The notes below the pieces were generated by a model, which was given only the letters and a program-made list of their open reading frames with translations, was not told the DNA's origin and did no database searches. A stretch of 64,000 nt of DNA from Guillardia theta CCMP2712. Lineage: Eukaryota; Protista; Cryptophyta. The stretch lies in assembly GCF_000315625.1 (NCBI RefSeq), contig NW_005434575.1, forward strand, positions 148,268 through 212,267, written 5' to 3'. This document shows, piece after piece, positions 27,519 through 40,947 of this stretch (position 1 is the stretch's first letter; every line of letters starts with the position of its first letter). The translations under genes were made by a program, and so were the position numbers.

Positions 27519-28899
27519 CGCTCAGATACAGATTCCCGCCAATCGAATCCTGCGGGTAGCGAGGGCTCTTGCTATGCACGGCTCAAGACAGAGCCTTGCA
27601 CCGATGAGGAAGAAGTCTTGGGGAGGGATACGAAATCGGACAGAGAGCAGGGCTCGTCGAGAGGAGCAACTCAAGACTGGTGTGAAGGCACCGGAGGGAC
27701 GAGGATTGAAGTTGTGCCGGCAAGATGGGATCAAAGGAGGCATGCAAGAGGTATAAGACAAAATAAGGGGTAGTGGTACTCCTGGGATTCAGGGTGATAA
27801 TGAGTAGAGGGTAGGGTACTCCAATGATATACAACACCCCATCTTTGCGATCTGTATTTCACGGGTGATCTTCAAATAGATATTTTTCAAAGGGGTACTA
27901 GCCCACATGGGTAGTATTTTCAAGGGGTACACCATTTTCGAGGTGGGTGGGGCGAATTGGGGTAGGGCTTCAGGGGAGGAAACAGGCGTAGGTTAGATTG
28001 AGTGATTCTTAAAATGGTTTTAAAAACATTTTCGAATAAACGCGAAAGTTAAAAATTTATGAATCTGTATATTTCAAGTTTTAATCAATCATTTTAAATT
28101 TAATAGAATACTTGTTTTTCATAAAACATTTTATTCTTTACACCCTCTCCACCCTCTTTAGTGAACTAATTGTCCAGTAAATACGAACAATAAGTCCAGT
28201 AAATAGTCCACTGAAACCAGTCAGCCGGGGCCCGTGAGGCCCGGCCGGGCCAGTGAACTGAAATTTGATGGAGCCTTCAAGGGGTAGGTGGTAATTGAGG
28301 ATATTCGAGGGGTGATCACCATCTTCGCTCTAAAAGGAGCGATGGTAATGCAGAGATGCGATGGTGTTTGTGTGGGCTTATGGGCATGGCAGTTCCATAC
28401 TATCAGACAGACTGTCGAACTTCTGAGCAATGAGAATGGCGAGATGCTGGCTGCTCAGTTCTTCATCGAAAAGTCTCCTCCAGACGTCACTGTAAGAGTG
28501 AGTACATGCGTTGAGCCGAACTGGCAAAGATTGATCACTGTTGTCAAACAGGGTGCTGGCCTTGATGTTGGGGCATGGTTCTGCTCTGATGCAAAGACGG
28601 AAGAGGTTGATTGAAAAACAATAATCGAATTGTTCTGAATTGAAGATATAGGAATGCAAGCAGATTGCCACTGAGGCTAACAATTGGAGGTACACGGCTT
28701 GAACGCCACGGCATTGGCCGTATGCGCTCTTCCATGTGGTTGGTTTTGGTACCTTTCTGCTCTAGGTGTATCTATACTTTTTTATGGATGGCGTTGCCTT
28801 TTGTAGGTATTCACGCAACATCATCCATAAGCTTAAAATAAAGGTTCGGGTCATGTACATCAATGGAATTTAATCCTTCAAAAAATTATATCAGTTCAA

Positions 28900-30943
28900 C
28901 AAGCTGAATAGCCTATCATATCTGTTAACACGTCAGAAGGCAATCAAATTCTCGAACAAAAATGAGGAGCAACCTTGCACAAACTTGCTTCAAATGAATT
29001 TCGATCTCTGGGTCACCAGCATCTGTTGATTAGCATCGTGAGTGTTCTGCAGGGAGTGACAGCAGAGGCAAAGTTTCATCCACATGTATCAGAATAGTCC
29101 AAGAAGGAATTTGAAAATGATTGCGATCCAGTGGCTGGGAAAATGTCAGCTTTCTACTTCAGTGTAGAACAGATCTTGCCGTAGTCAGCTGAGAGCGTTG
29201 TCCTGTTTGGACTTCTCGATGCAGGGAAACTCGTTTGAGACTTCTAGAATGAACAAACTCAGTATTGATATTATCTTCTTACCAAAGTATTAACCTGATC
29301 CTGAAAAGAAAGCGAATGTTGAAGTTTGATGTTTTCCAGTCTCATCTCGTGCTTTCATTTCGGAAAGTTTGTGTCAGGACAGGTCGTGTTTTGTGTCACA
29401 GTGCACTTCGGTTTACAGCAACATACCTGCTTTCTGTTTTGATGGGAAATCTTCTGTTCTGCAATATGCAACTTGGATTCCAAGTTCTGTAGCTAACAAC
29501 TAAAAGTTCAAAATGCAACCCTGCAAAGAGTGTACCATCAAACCTGTACTTTGAGGCTTGAATTTTCTGCACTTTGCTGAATCATTCCATATTCATGCTC
29601 CTTGACTTTCCTACAGCATTGGTATGAGTATAAAGTCAAGAGAGAATTTGGCATACCTGCTGAGTATCAGATTCTCTTCCTGGAGTAATGACACCTTCGA
29701 TTGCTCGGAGAAATACTTCTCCGTCATGCTCTTCAACTCGGTACGCGTGTTAAGATGCTCAATCTTTTCAAGGTCGAGAATATTTTGCAAGCTCAAAACT
29801 TTTGCAGACAATGCGGAAGGTGACTCTGTCTGCGCTCTCGTTTCTACTCCCCGCAAGCATGATACATCTATGGTTTCTGCTTGGGTTAGATTTCAACAAG
29901 GTGAAAGATGTCAAGGTCTACCTGTTGGAGCCCTCTCCATATGTGCAAATTTGGACGTGTTTACAATGGGTGAAGTGTAGCTTTGTTGCCTGGGAACGAT
30001 AGATTCCTGAATTTCTCGTTCATACAAGTGTGGGGAGCTTTTTGTCATGGCAGCAGGGCTTGTTTGAGATTTTTCAACTGCAGGAACAGATCTTGCTCCG
30101 GCAACATAAGAATGAGACTTTTCGAGCATCGGAGAATATTTGTTCTCGCTAGTGTTAGAATCGCTCGGCTTCTTGACAAGGTAAATGCACAAACTGAATG
30201 TTAACGAAAGAGCAAAACCATGCAACAGTCAGATTACTTGATGATCGTAAGCCGCTACTCTTCTGAGTTGTTCGATCTCATGTCTTATTCTCTCCATATC
30301 ATGCCTCCTGTCATGTCGCAAATTTCAGCCTTGTCAGTTCATGTTTCTCTTGGGGCAGAGACTCATCAGTGTTCCAAGTTCTGGGGCAAGCACGCACCTC
30401 AGGTCCGACTCATCAGGACTGATCTTGCTTGTGTCGGAGACTGAGATTTCACCATGTCCTTTTGTTGGCTTCGAGACATGTCTGTTCTTCAGCCGGCAAA
30501 GTTGATCCTCAATTGCAGCCTAGCCCATCAAACCCAACTGAGACCAACGGCAGACCCAACAAGCAACTTGCCTCCTTGTCTTTGAACGCGTCGTAGATCT
30601 CACGGAGGTTCTCTGCCGCGCGCGGATCAAGCCTCATCCTCTGCCTCGAGTGCTGATCTCCGTCCTCTTCTCTCCTACTGCCTCCTCTCTCTCTCGATCC
30701 AAACCGCCTGGTTGCTCGTCCCCGACCTCCCTATCGCGCCATGTGAACAACGGTAGGGATCGGATCAAAGTTGTGCCGAGTCGAGAATACAAGCCCGCCT
30801 CACCGGAGTGAGGACAGCAGCACAAGGGTCCTCCTGTGCTATGCTGTGGTAGAACAGCTCCAAGGCACCGCCTCGCCTCCTCCTCGCCTCCTCCTCCACC
30901 ATCGCGGCTCCTCCACACGCCTCTGCCCCTCCCTTCATTGCCA
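28900..30943 (-). CDS. Hypothetical protein with C-terminal coiled coil; structure uncertain
   Basis: Minus-strand ORF fragments (e.g. 29611-29856 coiled coil) separated by short introns. Confidence 0.35.
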
Positions 30944-31047
30944 TCTCGAGCTGCCTGACGCTGCTAGAAGGTGTCTGATCTGATCCTCGTCCTACTCAAC
31001 GCTCGTTGCCCGTCCTCCTACCTCCCTCGACTCTTTTCGCTAGAATC

Positions 31048-31687
31048 ATGTCAAAGGCGTTCAGCTTTCCGTCTCATTACAATTTCCCTCCTTTCTTCAC
31101 CAAACAGCCGAACAGAGAAACAAACAGCACGCGAGTTCAACTGTGGAAGGACCTTATTCTCAACTACTGCCGGCATCACCGGATTTTCGTCATCGACGTA
31201 CGAGAATCGCTGGCAACGAGCCCACTTTTCTGCAACGAGAAGATCTCGAGGAAGCTCAGGCAAGACGATGCAAATGAGATCTTTCACTACATGGCTTCCG
31301 GTGGGTACGCGGAATGGTATCACCAGGATGGAAACAAGCTCCTGATCTACTGGAAGAAACCGTCTGAGTGGGCGACCTTAATGTACAACTGGGCGAGAGA
31401 CACGGGGCATCTCAATGCCGTCTTGACCTTTTACGAGATACAGGAAGGAGACATTTCCATCGGGACAGGTGATGAGTCCCACATACCCATCCTGATGCTT
31501 GCTATGCCAATCTCCCCCCATGTTGTAACAAGGATGCTCAGTTCTGATTTTCTTCCTTTCAGATCTGCACGGAATCGATCCGCTAATCTTAGAAAAATCT
31601 GCCAGAGTCCTGGAGCAGCAGGGCAAGGTGATAATATTCTCTACGGAGGGTGGAGAAACAAGTGGTATCAAATTCTTAGAATCGTAA
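31048..31687 (+). CDS. VPS25: ESCRT-II subunit VPS25 (exons 31048-31468, 31563-31687)
   Basis: FPSHYNFPPFFTKQPN...WKDLILNY, LF.N.KISRKL, YWKKPSEWA, LTFYEI, LHGID...GIKF. Confidence 0.95.
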
Positions 31688-31731
31688 TGCATTCTTTTGT
31701 TCACATTTACCATCGTTTGCCGCAAGGTCGG

Positions 31732-33540
31732 TCAATATTCAATCTTGTGCTGCATGACTTCGGTCGCCTTTCGATCCAAAGTCTCCTTGTCTTTGATCCC
31801 TTCGAATATCCGCGGTACATCTGGCCAGAATCTTTCAACATTCTCATCGAGAGAATCCCATTGACAGTTCCTGAGATCAAGTTAGTTCCCTTCCTCCCAG
31901 AGCCATGGCTGCTTACAAGATCAAGTCCTGGCGAGTTTGAATGTCTTCAAGAGTATTGCCTTGCTGGTGTGCGACGGGAACAATCCTGTCAGTCCACTCG
32001 TACGTGACTTCCTTGGTAGCATCCCATCGTATCCAGCTTCCGCCTCCAGGGTAGCAGACGTAGTTGGTGATCTTCTGACCGGGGAGGTACTTCAATCCTG
32101 TCTGTATCTTGAAATCTTTGCTCGTGTTGATGATGACTCCGCTACAAGCGTCTCTTGCTGCGTCCAACGGCACTCCCTGCTGGTTCAGCTGCTCCACTCC
32201 TGTCTTGTCGCCCAGCTTGTAAGTCCTGCGACGTTGAAGTGATATTTCGTCCAACGTCTGTCAATGTTGCCGAAATCATCAGCAGGCCAGCTGCGATCAC
32301 ATAACATGTCTTACCACTCGCTGACCTACTCGCAGATCCTTTCTACTTGGCCCTCGTTCACTCTGAAGGTCAACATACCCATTCGCCTGCCCGTCGCCGA
32401 CATATCGGACTTCATCGAACACCTTCTTCGGGTTCTTCACGATGGCAGTCAGTCCCCCACCAAGGGAGACGTTCACATGCTTTCTAGCCTGATCAGTTGG
32501 AGCTTCTCAGTGTTCTCACCCGGGCAGAGGACGCGTCCTCCCTGTCTCACCTTCTCAACCCACGTCCCCTGCACTTTTCGCTTCATGATCACATCCTCGA
32601 GCTCGTCTTGTCGGGGAACTTGGTCAGGAGTCCATCTGGGATGAAGGAAACGCCAGAGGTCAACGTAACAGGAGGAGGTGGCAGTGGCGCTACCTGTGCA
32701 TGACAGGACCGCCATGCACGTTTTGATGCTGGTTTTCTGTCAGCCCATGTTGGAACCTGCGGAGCACAGCCGCTTCTGCTGCCGCTGCAGCAATCGACTT
32801 GTCCCTGACAAAGATTTCTTTCATGTAGCATTTTTGAGCAACGCCGTCAACGATCTGATTGATCTGCAATGGGAACAGTCACGAGCAAACAAATGGTCTG
32901 AGCAATCACTCACCAAGGAAAGACACATAGTTTCTGTCTTCTTCTTCGCCTCCTTGAGCAACTTTTCTCTCCGCCTCTGGATCAACAGTTCTCGTTCTAA
33001 CCTTTCTCTCCTATCTTCCGCTGTTTCCATCCATTCGGGAATCACATTCCCCGCATGCGACATCCTGTGTTGCGGTACTAATTCGTTGGATCAATCAAAC
33101 TTCAGTCTTCTTAGCCTTAGCAGTCTCCCTTCCTCGTGAAGGGCTTCAACGTCTCTCTCACGCTTCTTGTATTGCCTGTCTTCTCACTGTACAGCCGTGA
33201 ACATCAAGTATGATGGCGAGAGGCACATCATTGGCGACTCACGCTTTCAGCCATGGAGTTTAGCCTCACCCGATCCGATTAGGAGCTTGTACGATACGCA
33301 AGCAGCAGGAGGCGTCTTGTTGCTCCTCCTCTCCTGCCCTTGTTGCTCCTACCTCCTCAGGCTGCTCTTGTTGCTCCTACCCTCCTGCTCTTGTTGCTCC
33401 TACCCTCCTGCTCTTGTTGCTCCTACCCTCCTGCTCTGGTTGCTCCCCGGCCCGGTAGTACCCTCCTGCTCTTGTTGCTCCTACCCTCCTGCTCTTGTTG
33501 CTCCTACTCTTGTGCCTGAAGCGACTGAGGTCCTTCCATC
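31732..33540 (-). CDS. Hypothetical multi-exon protein; 5' end uncertain
   Basis: Coding-like minus ORFs 31913-32254, 32473-32715 and 32821-33063 linked by short introns. Confidence 0.45.
33315..33507 (+). repeat. 23-bp minisatellite CCTCCTGCTCTTGTTGCTCCTAC
   Basis: Several near-identical tandem units; one carries a CG-rich insertion at 33447-33458. Confidence 0.85.
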
Positions 33541-33759
33541 GGAACGGCTAGTAAGTGCCGGCGGCCCTAACTAAAAATATGTGCGACCCGCCTCAGTTGA
33601 GGGGGAGAGAAGAACCCTGGGCATTTTTATCATTGCCTTCAAATTTTGAACCTATATTTTGCTGTCCTAGAAATAAGAGAGGAAGATTCTGAGGCGGATC
33701 AGTTCCAGCAGGCGCATCCTAGTCGGGCATGATCAACAGGAGTGGCAGCAAGGACTGTC

Positions 33760-33798
<39 letters not shown>

Positions 33799-33889
33799 TG
33801 ATGACGACGACACGTTCAAGATAGGATGGAAATGATGGAGATGGTTAAAGTGACAATCAAGATCATAAGTTGGAACGGATGATGAAAGA

Positions 33890-35070
33890 ATGGCGGATTG
33901 CGCGAAGAAGATTGAATTACTTGAACAATTTCGCGGTCGCTGTTTTCGATCTCCTCGCAGCTTGTTGGTTGTGATCTTCTCCTTCGTTGTTGTTCCTTCA
34001 AACTCCAACAAAGATCCGTATCCGCTCCGATGCATTCAACTCCGAGGAGGAAGGTGGGGAGGAGGAAAGGAGGAATGGAGGGTCTTTCGAAAATGTACGA
34101 GGATGTTCTATCCCTACGATGAGCTTCGATCCGTCATGTCCAACGACTACGACTCTTCAGATGACGAGTCAGATGACTATAAAGCGAAGCTCGTGCGAAG
34201 AAAGCATGCAGAAGAAAAAGCCAAGCAAGGTCAGAAATTCTTGGAGCAACCTCAGGCATTCAAGATCAGAACTAGGTATCTGAACCAATCGGCATATCAG
34301 GTGTGGTGGAGGCCTGGAATCGTCAACAAGATGTTATGGGCAGCGTGTGAGACTGGGGACAACTACGAGATAGACTTTCTTGTCAAGTTTGCGCATGCCG
34401 ATATCAATGCGGTGGATTTCAACATGAAGCACCTCACCGCGCTAATGAGATCAGTGATGAACGGCCGGAAGGAAACAGTGAAGCTTTTGATCGGCCATGG
34501 CGTAAACGTGAACGCAACAGACAGCCACGGCTCCACCGCCCTTCACTACGGTGAGAAGAGCAGCTGGATCCCTGATGCCTGATCTGCGTGTTTGACAGCT
34601 GCAATCTTTGGCTGGCCGAGAATCGTAGAGATGTTACTGGAAGCAAAAATCGACAGGTGGAAACAGAATCAAGACAACAAGACAGCACTGGACAGTGCTC
34701 TTGAGTTTGTATGCACCATGGTGGAGGTTGAGTGTTGTTTGATACCAGATGTCCAGGTGGTGCCATATGACGCGGACAGAACGCCTGAGGAGGACGATTT
34801 CATCGATCCAAGGAGAGTGTTGCGGTTGAAAGGGAATCAAGTCGTCATAGCAGGTGACCTGAGAATCTAACAGCAGGTTCTCACCATACTCTCATGCTCT
34901 TAGGTAGCAACTGGGAGACGGTGGGCGTGTTGCGAGCCGCCATGGGTCTCCCACCTGCCGACATGCTACACCTGACGGGCGACATCGAAAATTTTGACTG
35001 GCTGGAGGAGAAGGTTGAAACCTACACGAGTCATGTAGGAACAGCACCTGTCTTGTCCTCCATGGCATGA
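33890..35070 (+). CDS. Ankyrin-repeat protein with hydrophobic leader and LRGG motif, multi-exon
   Basis: ADINAVD..TALMRSVMNGRKETVKLLIGHGVNVNATDSHGSTALHY|AAIFG..IVEMLL. Confidence 0.8.
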
Positions 35071-35375
35071 GATTGATCATGTCTCAGCTCAGAGCTCATC
35101 CTCAAACAGTCGTCGACATGCCTCCTGTTCTTCCTGACGGTGATGACTGTTTGTACAATCCTTCTGCTCATCATACCTTGTTTCTGTTCAGGTTCAGCCT
35201 GGCATGAAGGACTGATCTTGGACAATCTCCCTAGGAAGCGAAGCTCTCCTTTCTGGAAACCGTACGAGGTTCTTTTGATGGATATTCTTCTGATTGTGGC
35301 GAGAGAAGACTCGATGATGATTGTGATGGTGGTGATGGTGTCGACTGTTCCTAGGGCATTGATTTATGAAGAAGG

Positions 35376-35412
<37 letters not shown>

Positions 35413-36083
35413 TGATAAAGTTGTGGTTGTAGTTAGAGTGAAAGTGATGGGTATCGTGGTCATGATTATGATGATGATAATGGTATCCTGATGGTGATTA
35501 TCATGATGATGTCATGTATCTTTGAGAGCTACTGATGGCAGGTTCAAGAAGCTGTTTGGCCTGCTGGTTTTCCTGCAGCGAACAAGAGGGCTGGGGAGTT
35601 CGGTAGGACGCGCCTTCCTGCCCGTCGAGCTGAAAACGTGTCAGGTTTTCCCATCCCTGAGTTACCAGAGTTGAACAAGAAGGACTTTGATCGATGGAAC
35701 ACTCCATGGAGGTTCCCAGTGACCTACGGGGACGGCAGTAGAGGAGAACAAGGACGGGAGCACTGGCAAGGCGAGGAGGGGAGCGGGTAAGATGACTGTA
35801 CATTGTTTCTTGCACTGATTCTTCTCGCATACAACTAGTGTACAGGGCAGGAGAGCAAATGCCTTTGTGGAACAGGAATCGTCTGCTCCTTCTCCTCCTC
35901 GTGCTCCTCCCCCGCCCAAGGCTCCGCCGCCTCCTCGGGCGCCTCCTCCAAGATAGCATGTCATGGCTTCTGACAGAACCTCTTGCTGTCGTTACGTTTG
36001 ATAACCCTCCCCTCTTCCTCTGGTATCCTTTCTTCCTCATCTCCTGCTACAACCTGTCACTTGCTGCTACTTCTTTCTTGCTG

Positions 36084-39000
36084 CTACTGCTTCATGTTGT
36101 AAATGTAACAGGACGGGCATTCGTCGCTTGCTGGCTCCTCCTGCGGCTCTAGTGTATGAAAGCTTTCTATCGCAAGTCGCCATGTCTCTTTCAACTTCTC
36201 GTCCTCGTAGCAGCTGCCGTCCGCTTCAGCAAACCAGTGTCGCCATCTCTTGGCTCTGTTCATCTTCCCTCTAATGCCCACGATGAAGTTGTTGTTCACC
36301 ACATACGGCACTCTCCCGCACTCGTGGCATTTCTCCCGGAGCTCTGCTCCATCCCCCCCTATCCCTCCGTCGTACCATATCCCACTCACGTAATCGCACT
36401 CCTCGAGCGTGAAGAGACGGATCTCATCAGTCGCCCTCATCTCCCCCAGCACATGGTTCAGCAGGTCCATCTCGTTCGCTACTGGGCCCAGGTACTTGTC
36501 AAGACGACCGTCTTGCTGCGTCTGAATGATCTCGTCGTATCTTCTGTCCATCTCCTTCCACAACTTCACAGTCGCCCGAGTCGCCCGCAGCAAAGTCCAT
36601 CCGAACCCGATCTTTCCTGTGTTCCAGAAACCAATGACGTCAGCATCTGCAGCCCATCGTCAGTTACAAGTCGACCCGTCTCAGTCCCTCACCGGAGTAC
36701 ATCAGGTTCACGTCATAGAGCGGGTTCCGCAACCAGATCGCGTCGGCCTCGAACAGCAGCATGTCGATCCCTGCGACGATGAGCCGCTCCATCAGCCGAT
36801 TCCTGTGCTGGGTGAGGAGGAAGAAGCCGAGAGACTGAAACTCGAAGGCGGAGGGCAGCTCCTCCCCATCCACTTTGAGGACGCTCCTCACGATAGTGGC
36901 GTTGTGAGACGATCGCCTGAGCTGCTGGTAAGCATCGTCGTCGGAGGCGATGATCAAGGTTCTGGAGTGTACCCCATCCATCTTGGCGGTATTGCACAGC
37001 CAGGACTGAAAGAAAGGAACGTACTCTCTGTTACCGAAGGCCACCAGCAAGAACTGCTCCTGGGCCGGAAAATTCCAGAGCCTCTGATGTACCCTCAGCG
37101 CGATCTCTATTAGGTCTTCCTCTTCTGAAGCAGCTCCTGGACTGCCATCAGGAGGCCATGCGGCATCGAAGTATGGCAGTTGGAGGCGATCGCTGCAGAT
37201 GTTGGACCCAGCCTTGCGGCAGTTGGCCATAGCAGAGCTGTCAGTGTCAACGCGCAGCTCCCGAGCCATGCCGGAGGAGAAGAGTATCGTGCTATCCTGA
37301 GCCGACGAGTCGCAGGTAGTCAGTTGCAAGCTCGAGAAGTAGCAGCCTCGTTCAAGCATCGCCTCTGCTGCGAAGGAAACATCAGTTTCAGGCGTGGAGA
37401 TGGAGATTTTTTCCATGTCATGCAACAAGGAGCCGACCGAGATGAGCATGTTGACACAAGTCACAGCTGGGCACCGCGAGGTGATTCGAATATCAAAAGG
37501 AAACACGGCAATGTCTCCCTCCCGATAGCGGAAATCTGCCGAGAAGTCGCAACTTTCAAGCTGATCGTAAGTCTCCATCCGCGACATGCTAGTTCGATCT
37601 GTCTTGTTCAGAACCCTGTTATAGCAGGATGCAAAATTCGTTTCTTCCTGCTCCAGGCACCACCACATCTTGTGCGACGAGTCCTCGAACCGGCCATCCA
37701 CCACCGCAACGTACCTCGCCCCTCTCAAGCACCCCTCCTCCCCTCCCTCTCCCCCTACCTCATGTATCGATAGCGTGTGCATCCCCCCCTCGTACCACCC
37801 CGACCCCTTCACCGGCCCCGCATGCCCCTCCCCCGTCTCCTCCCACTCCAGCTCCTCCCGCGTCAGTCGCTTCATCGCTCTGCTCGTGACGTACGACTCC
37901 CCCCCCTCCCCCGCGTGCGTCTGATGGAAGGCCCTCAGCCCGCCTCCCCCCGCCTCCTTCCACATCCGCCCCGCCATCCTGTAGCTCCCCCGGCATGACT
38001 TGGGATGCTCCCGGTACTCCCCGTCTACCGCCTCCGCGTACATCACACGCTCGCAGTTCACCCCCGAGTCCAGGAAGAACAAGAACCACGCCCTCTCCTC
38101 CTCCGAGTAGTACAGCACCGGGTCAAGCGCGTACCCCCGCACCTGCTCGTCCCGTAGCAGCGCTTGCTTCCTCCTCCAGCCCCGCGGCCACTCCTCCGTC
38201 GACGACTCGTACAGCCATAGCACCGGCTTCGTCGGCCCGTTGGTCGCGCACGTGATCATCAGCCGCCGCCTCCCCCCTGCCCCCTCCGCCTCGATCACGA
38301 AAGGCCAGCTCAGGTGCCAGCTCTCTCTCAGCACCACCCCCTCGTACTCGAAGCTGCACAGCCCGTCCCGGCTCACCGCCAGCCCGATCTCGCCTCGCTG
38401 GCAGTCGTTGTTGAGCACCTCCATGAACAGGTACCACTCCCTCCCGTCCCCCTTCACCAGGAACGGATCCGCCAGGTACAAGCCCCGCACGTCCTTGACG
38501 TCGCCTGAGGTGAGGATGGGGGGGGCGTGGGAGGCGCTGGCGATGGCGTCTTGCATGGAGTCACCCAGCCCGATCCCAATGGACCAGATCATATTCAGAT
38601 GAACAGGGTTGGAGGCTGTTGGAGCCGAAAGTCTCTCGTCCTCTTGTTGGCTGTCGTCCTCCGCTGCCTCAAGAAGTAGGAAGGATTCACTAGATTTCTT
38701 CCTCATGATCACAATGTACCCGCCGTCGTAGAAGTCATGGATGAAGACTTCATCGATGAAGGGGAGGAACAGCCATTCTTTCCAATACCTGTGGCTCATG
38801 CCTGTCCTATCTTCGATGATAATCCAGCCTCCCGGCTTTGCTATCCGGATGTTCTCATGGATAGTGACTTCTCGCTCTCTATCGTCCAAGTGCGCGATCA
38901 CTGCAAGGCACAGTACGATGTCGAAGGATTCCGACGGGATCCAACCCAACTTGGAGCAATCGCTCGCGCAGAAATGACCTTGCGGCATGAGCCGTTGGAT

Positions 39001-40728
39001 CACGTCGATGCAAGGATGCTGGATGTCAGAACCTGCCAACTTCAGGCCCGGAAACCACAGAGCAACAATCTCCAGCGTGGTTCCCACTCCACAAGCGTTC
39101 TCGAACAGCAGCTCGTCTCCTGCCACGGGTATAAAGTCGAGCATCTTGTAGGTTCGATCTGCCCAGTAACGCCATGGCAACGAGACTGTCGGCACTTGAC
39201 CTGGCGGTCCTCCTCTCCAGCTGAGCCAAAGAGGATCCAATTTCGAGAAGTCAGCACCGTCATATTGATTGTCTGGTCGACGATACTGGCAATCGTAGTT
39301 CTTGCTGTTATTACGGCACCAATCCTCCTTGTGTTGGAAACAACTCATATGCTCGAATAAAGATGAATCCGGCCTGACTTCCGGTGCAACTTGGTCAGTC
39401 CCAAGAACAATGCTGACCTTCAAATCCGCCTGTCTCAACATGGACAAGTGTAAAACAATAGGTTCGTTGTCAAATAATTGAAGGAGATTGCAAGCAAGCC
39501 TCTGATGTATGCTAGCAAGATCACATTCCATCTTCAAGTAATCTGCAAATCCTCCATGATAACTGATGGAGAAGCTATCGATCGAGAGATTGTCTATGAC
39601 AGAAACAATGAGCTCCTTGCTGCCATGCATCGAGCTGTTGCTTTGAATGTAAAGTATGCTGCCTTGAAGTTTGAAATCTAGATCCAACATCCACGCATTA
39701 GATGACGAGACTGTGCTGAAAGATTTGGTGAGCGCTTTGTAAGGACCAAAGGGATTGTTCGAATGATACAACTTTGAGGAACAAACTCCACTCTCATTGA
39801 TACATGATAAAACAGTGAGGAACCAGTTGCCATTGGACTTGAAGATGTTTGGATTTCGGAACAACGATCCCTGCAGTAAGGTTCCACTTTTCCTCCAACC
39901 AAACGGAAAGTTTTGGGCGGCATACAACTTGATGGACTTTAGAGTGGGAGAAGATACCAGCATGTACCAACTATCTTCACTCCTGAAAATGTGAGGGTCG
40001 GACATCTGATGAGCTTCCGACAGAACAATCTTATGCATTGACCAACTGACCAGGTCCCTGCTGATGATCACACCGATGCTACCCTGATCCGGCGACTTGA
40101 AGGCAGCCATCTTGTGAAAAAGGTAGTAGAGTGGAGGAGAGAGTCCGTCCGTGACCAGACAAGGATCCTCGAGCTGGTCCACCTGACCTAGACCTCTGTA
40201 CAAGAGTGGGGAGACCATGGCCTGAGGGCACGTCTGAGACGGCGAGAGGTCTTCGATCCGTGACAAGACTTTTAGAGCCCGTTGGCCGGCAGACCCCGGG
40301 AGCCTCGTGACCTTTCCGCAGTATCGAAGCGTGCAAGAGCTGAACCTTTGACTGCTGCAGTCTGATACCATCCAGAGGAAGGTCGAAGAAAGATTCTCGC
40401 TGGGTAATGGATACTCGAGGCTGAAAGAACATCGAGAAGAATTCTTGTCGGGGATGTACCAGCACACCTCGCTCAGCTTCTGTTTGGAGGTGACATGGCT
40501 ATCACATCCTATAAACGAATCTGAGAGGCAGACAGAAACATGTCCCAGCAACATCTCCTCGGTTGCTCCGTGCTCTATTGAGAAATGCAGCCAGGGGACG
40601 TTGTCAGGCTTGTGGAACAAGTTGACATCTCCGCTGCATTCCACATCCGCATCATCAGCGCAGGAGCAACAAGACAAGAAGGAAGAGATGAGGAGGGCCA
40701 AGAGGACGAGAGAGGATAGAGCCTTCAT
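36084..40728 (-). CDS. Secreted multidomain glyco-enzyme: signal peptide, GH43/GINT1-like beta-propeller, SAM methyltransferase, second propeller, nucleotide-diphospho-sugar transferase (GT77-like)
   Basis: MSDPHIF and YLADPFL..WYLFMEV..HLSWPFV propeller motifs; FENACGVG..FDIVL..IAKPGGWIII methyltransferase; SWLCNT, LLFEADAIWLRNP transferase. Short intron near 36647-36692 continues into GFGWTLLRAT. Confidence 0.8.
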
Positions 40729-40947
40729 CGGTCTGCCAGCACGAGGAAGACTACAGCCCCTTCACATCCTCCTCCTCCCTCCCCACTCATACTCTATCCC
40801 ATCACTCCATCGCATTCCAGGATATCACTCATCAATAAGATCACTTCGATTAAAACCTTAGAGCAGTTTTTTCGCTGCCTTTTTACTTTTCTAGTTTTAT
40901 GTTGAGGCGGACTTGTTAGTTTACCCTTTATATCTGTCGGACCTTGT

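Noticed and set aside
28288-28614. 108-aa ORF
   Set aside because: Short, with no family signal; cannot be supported
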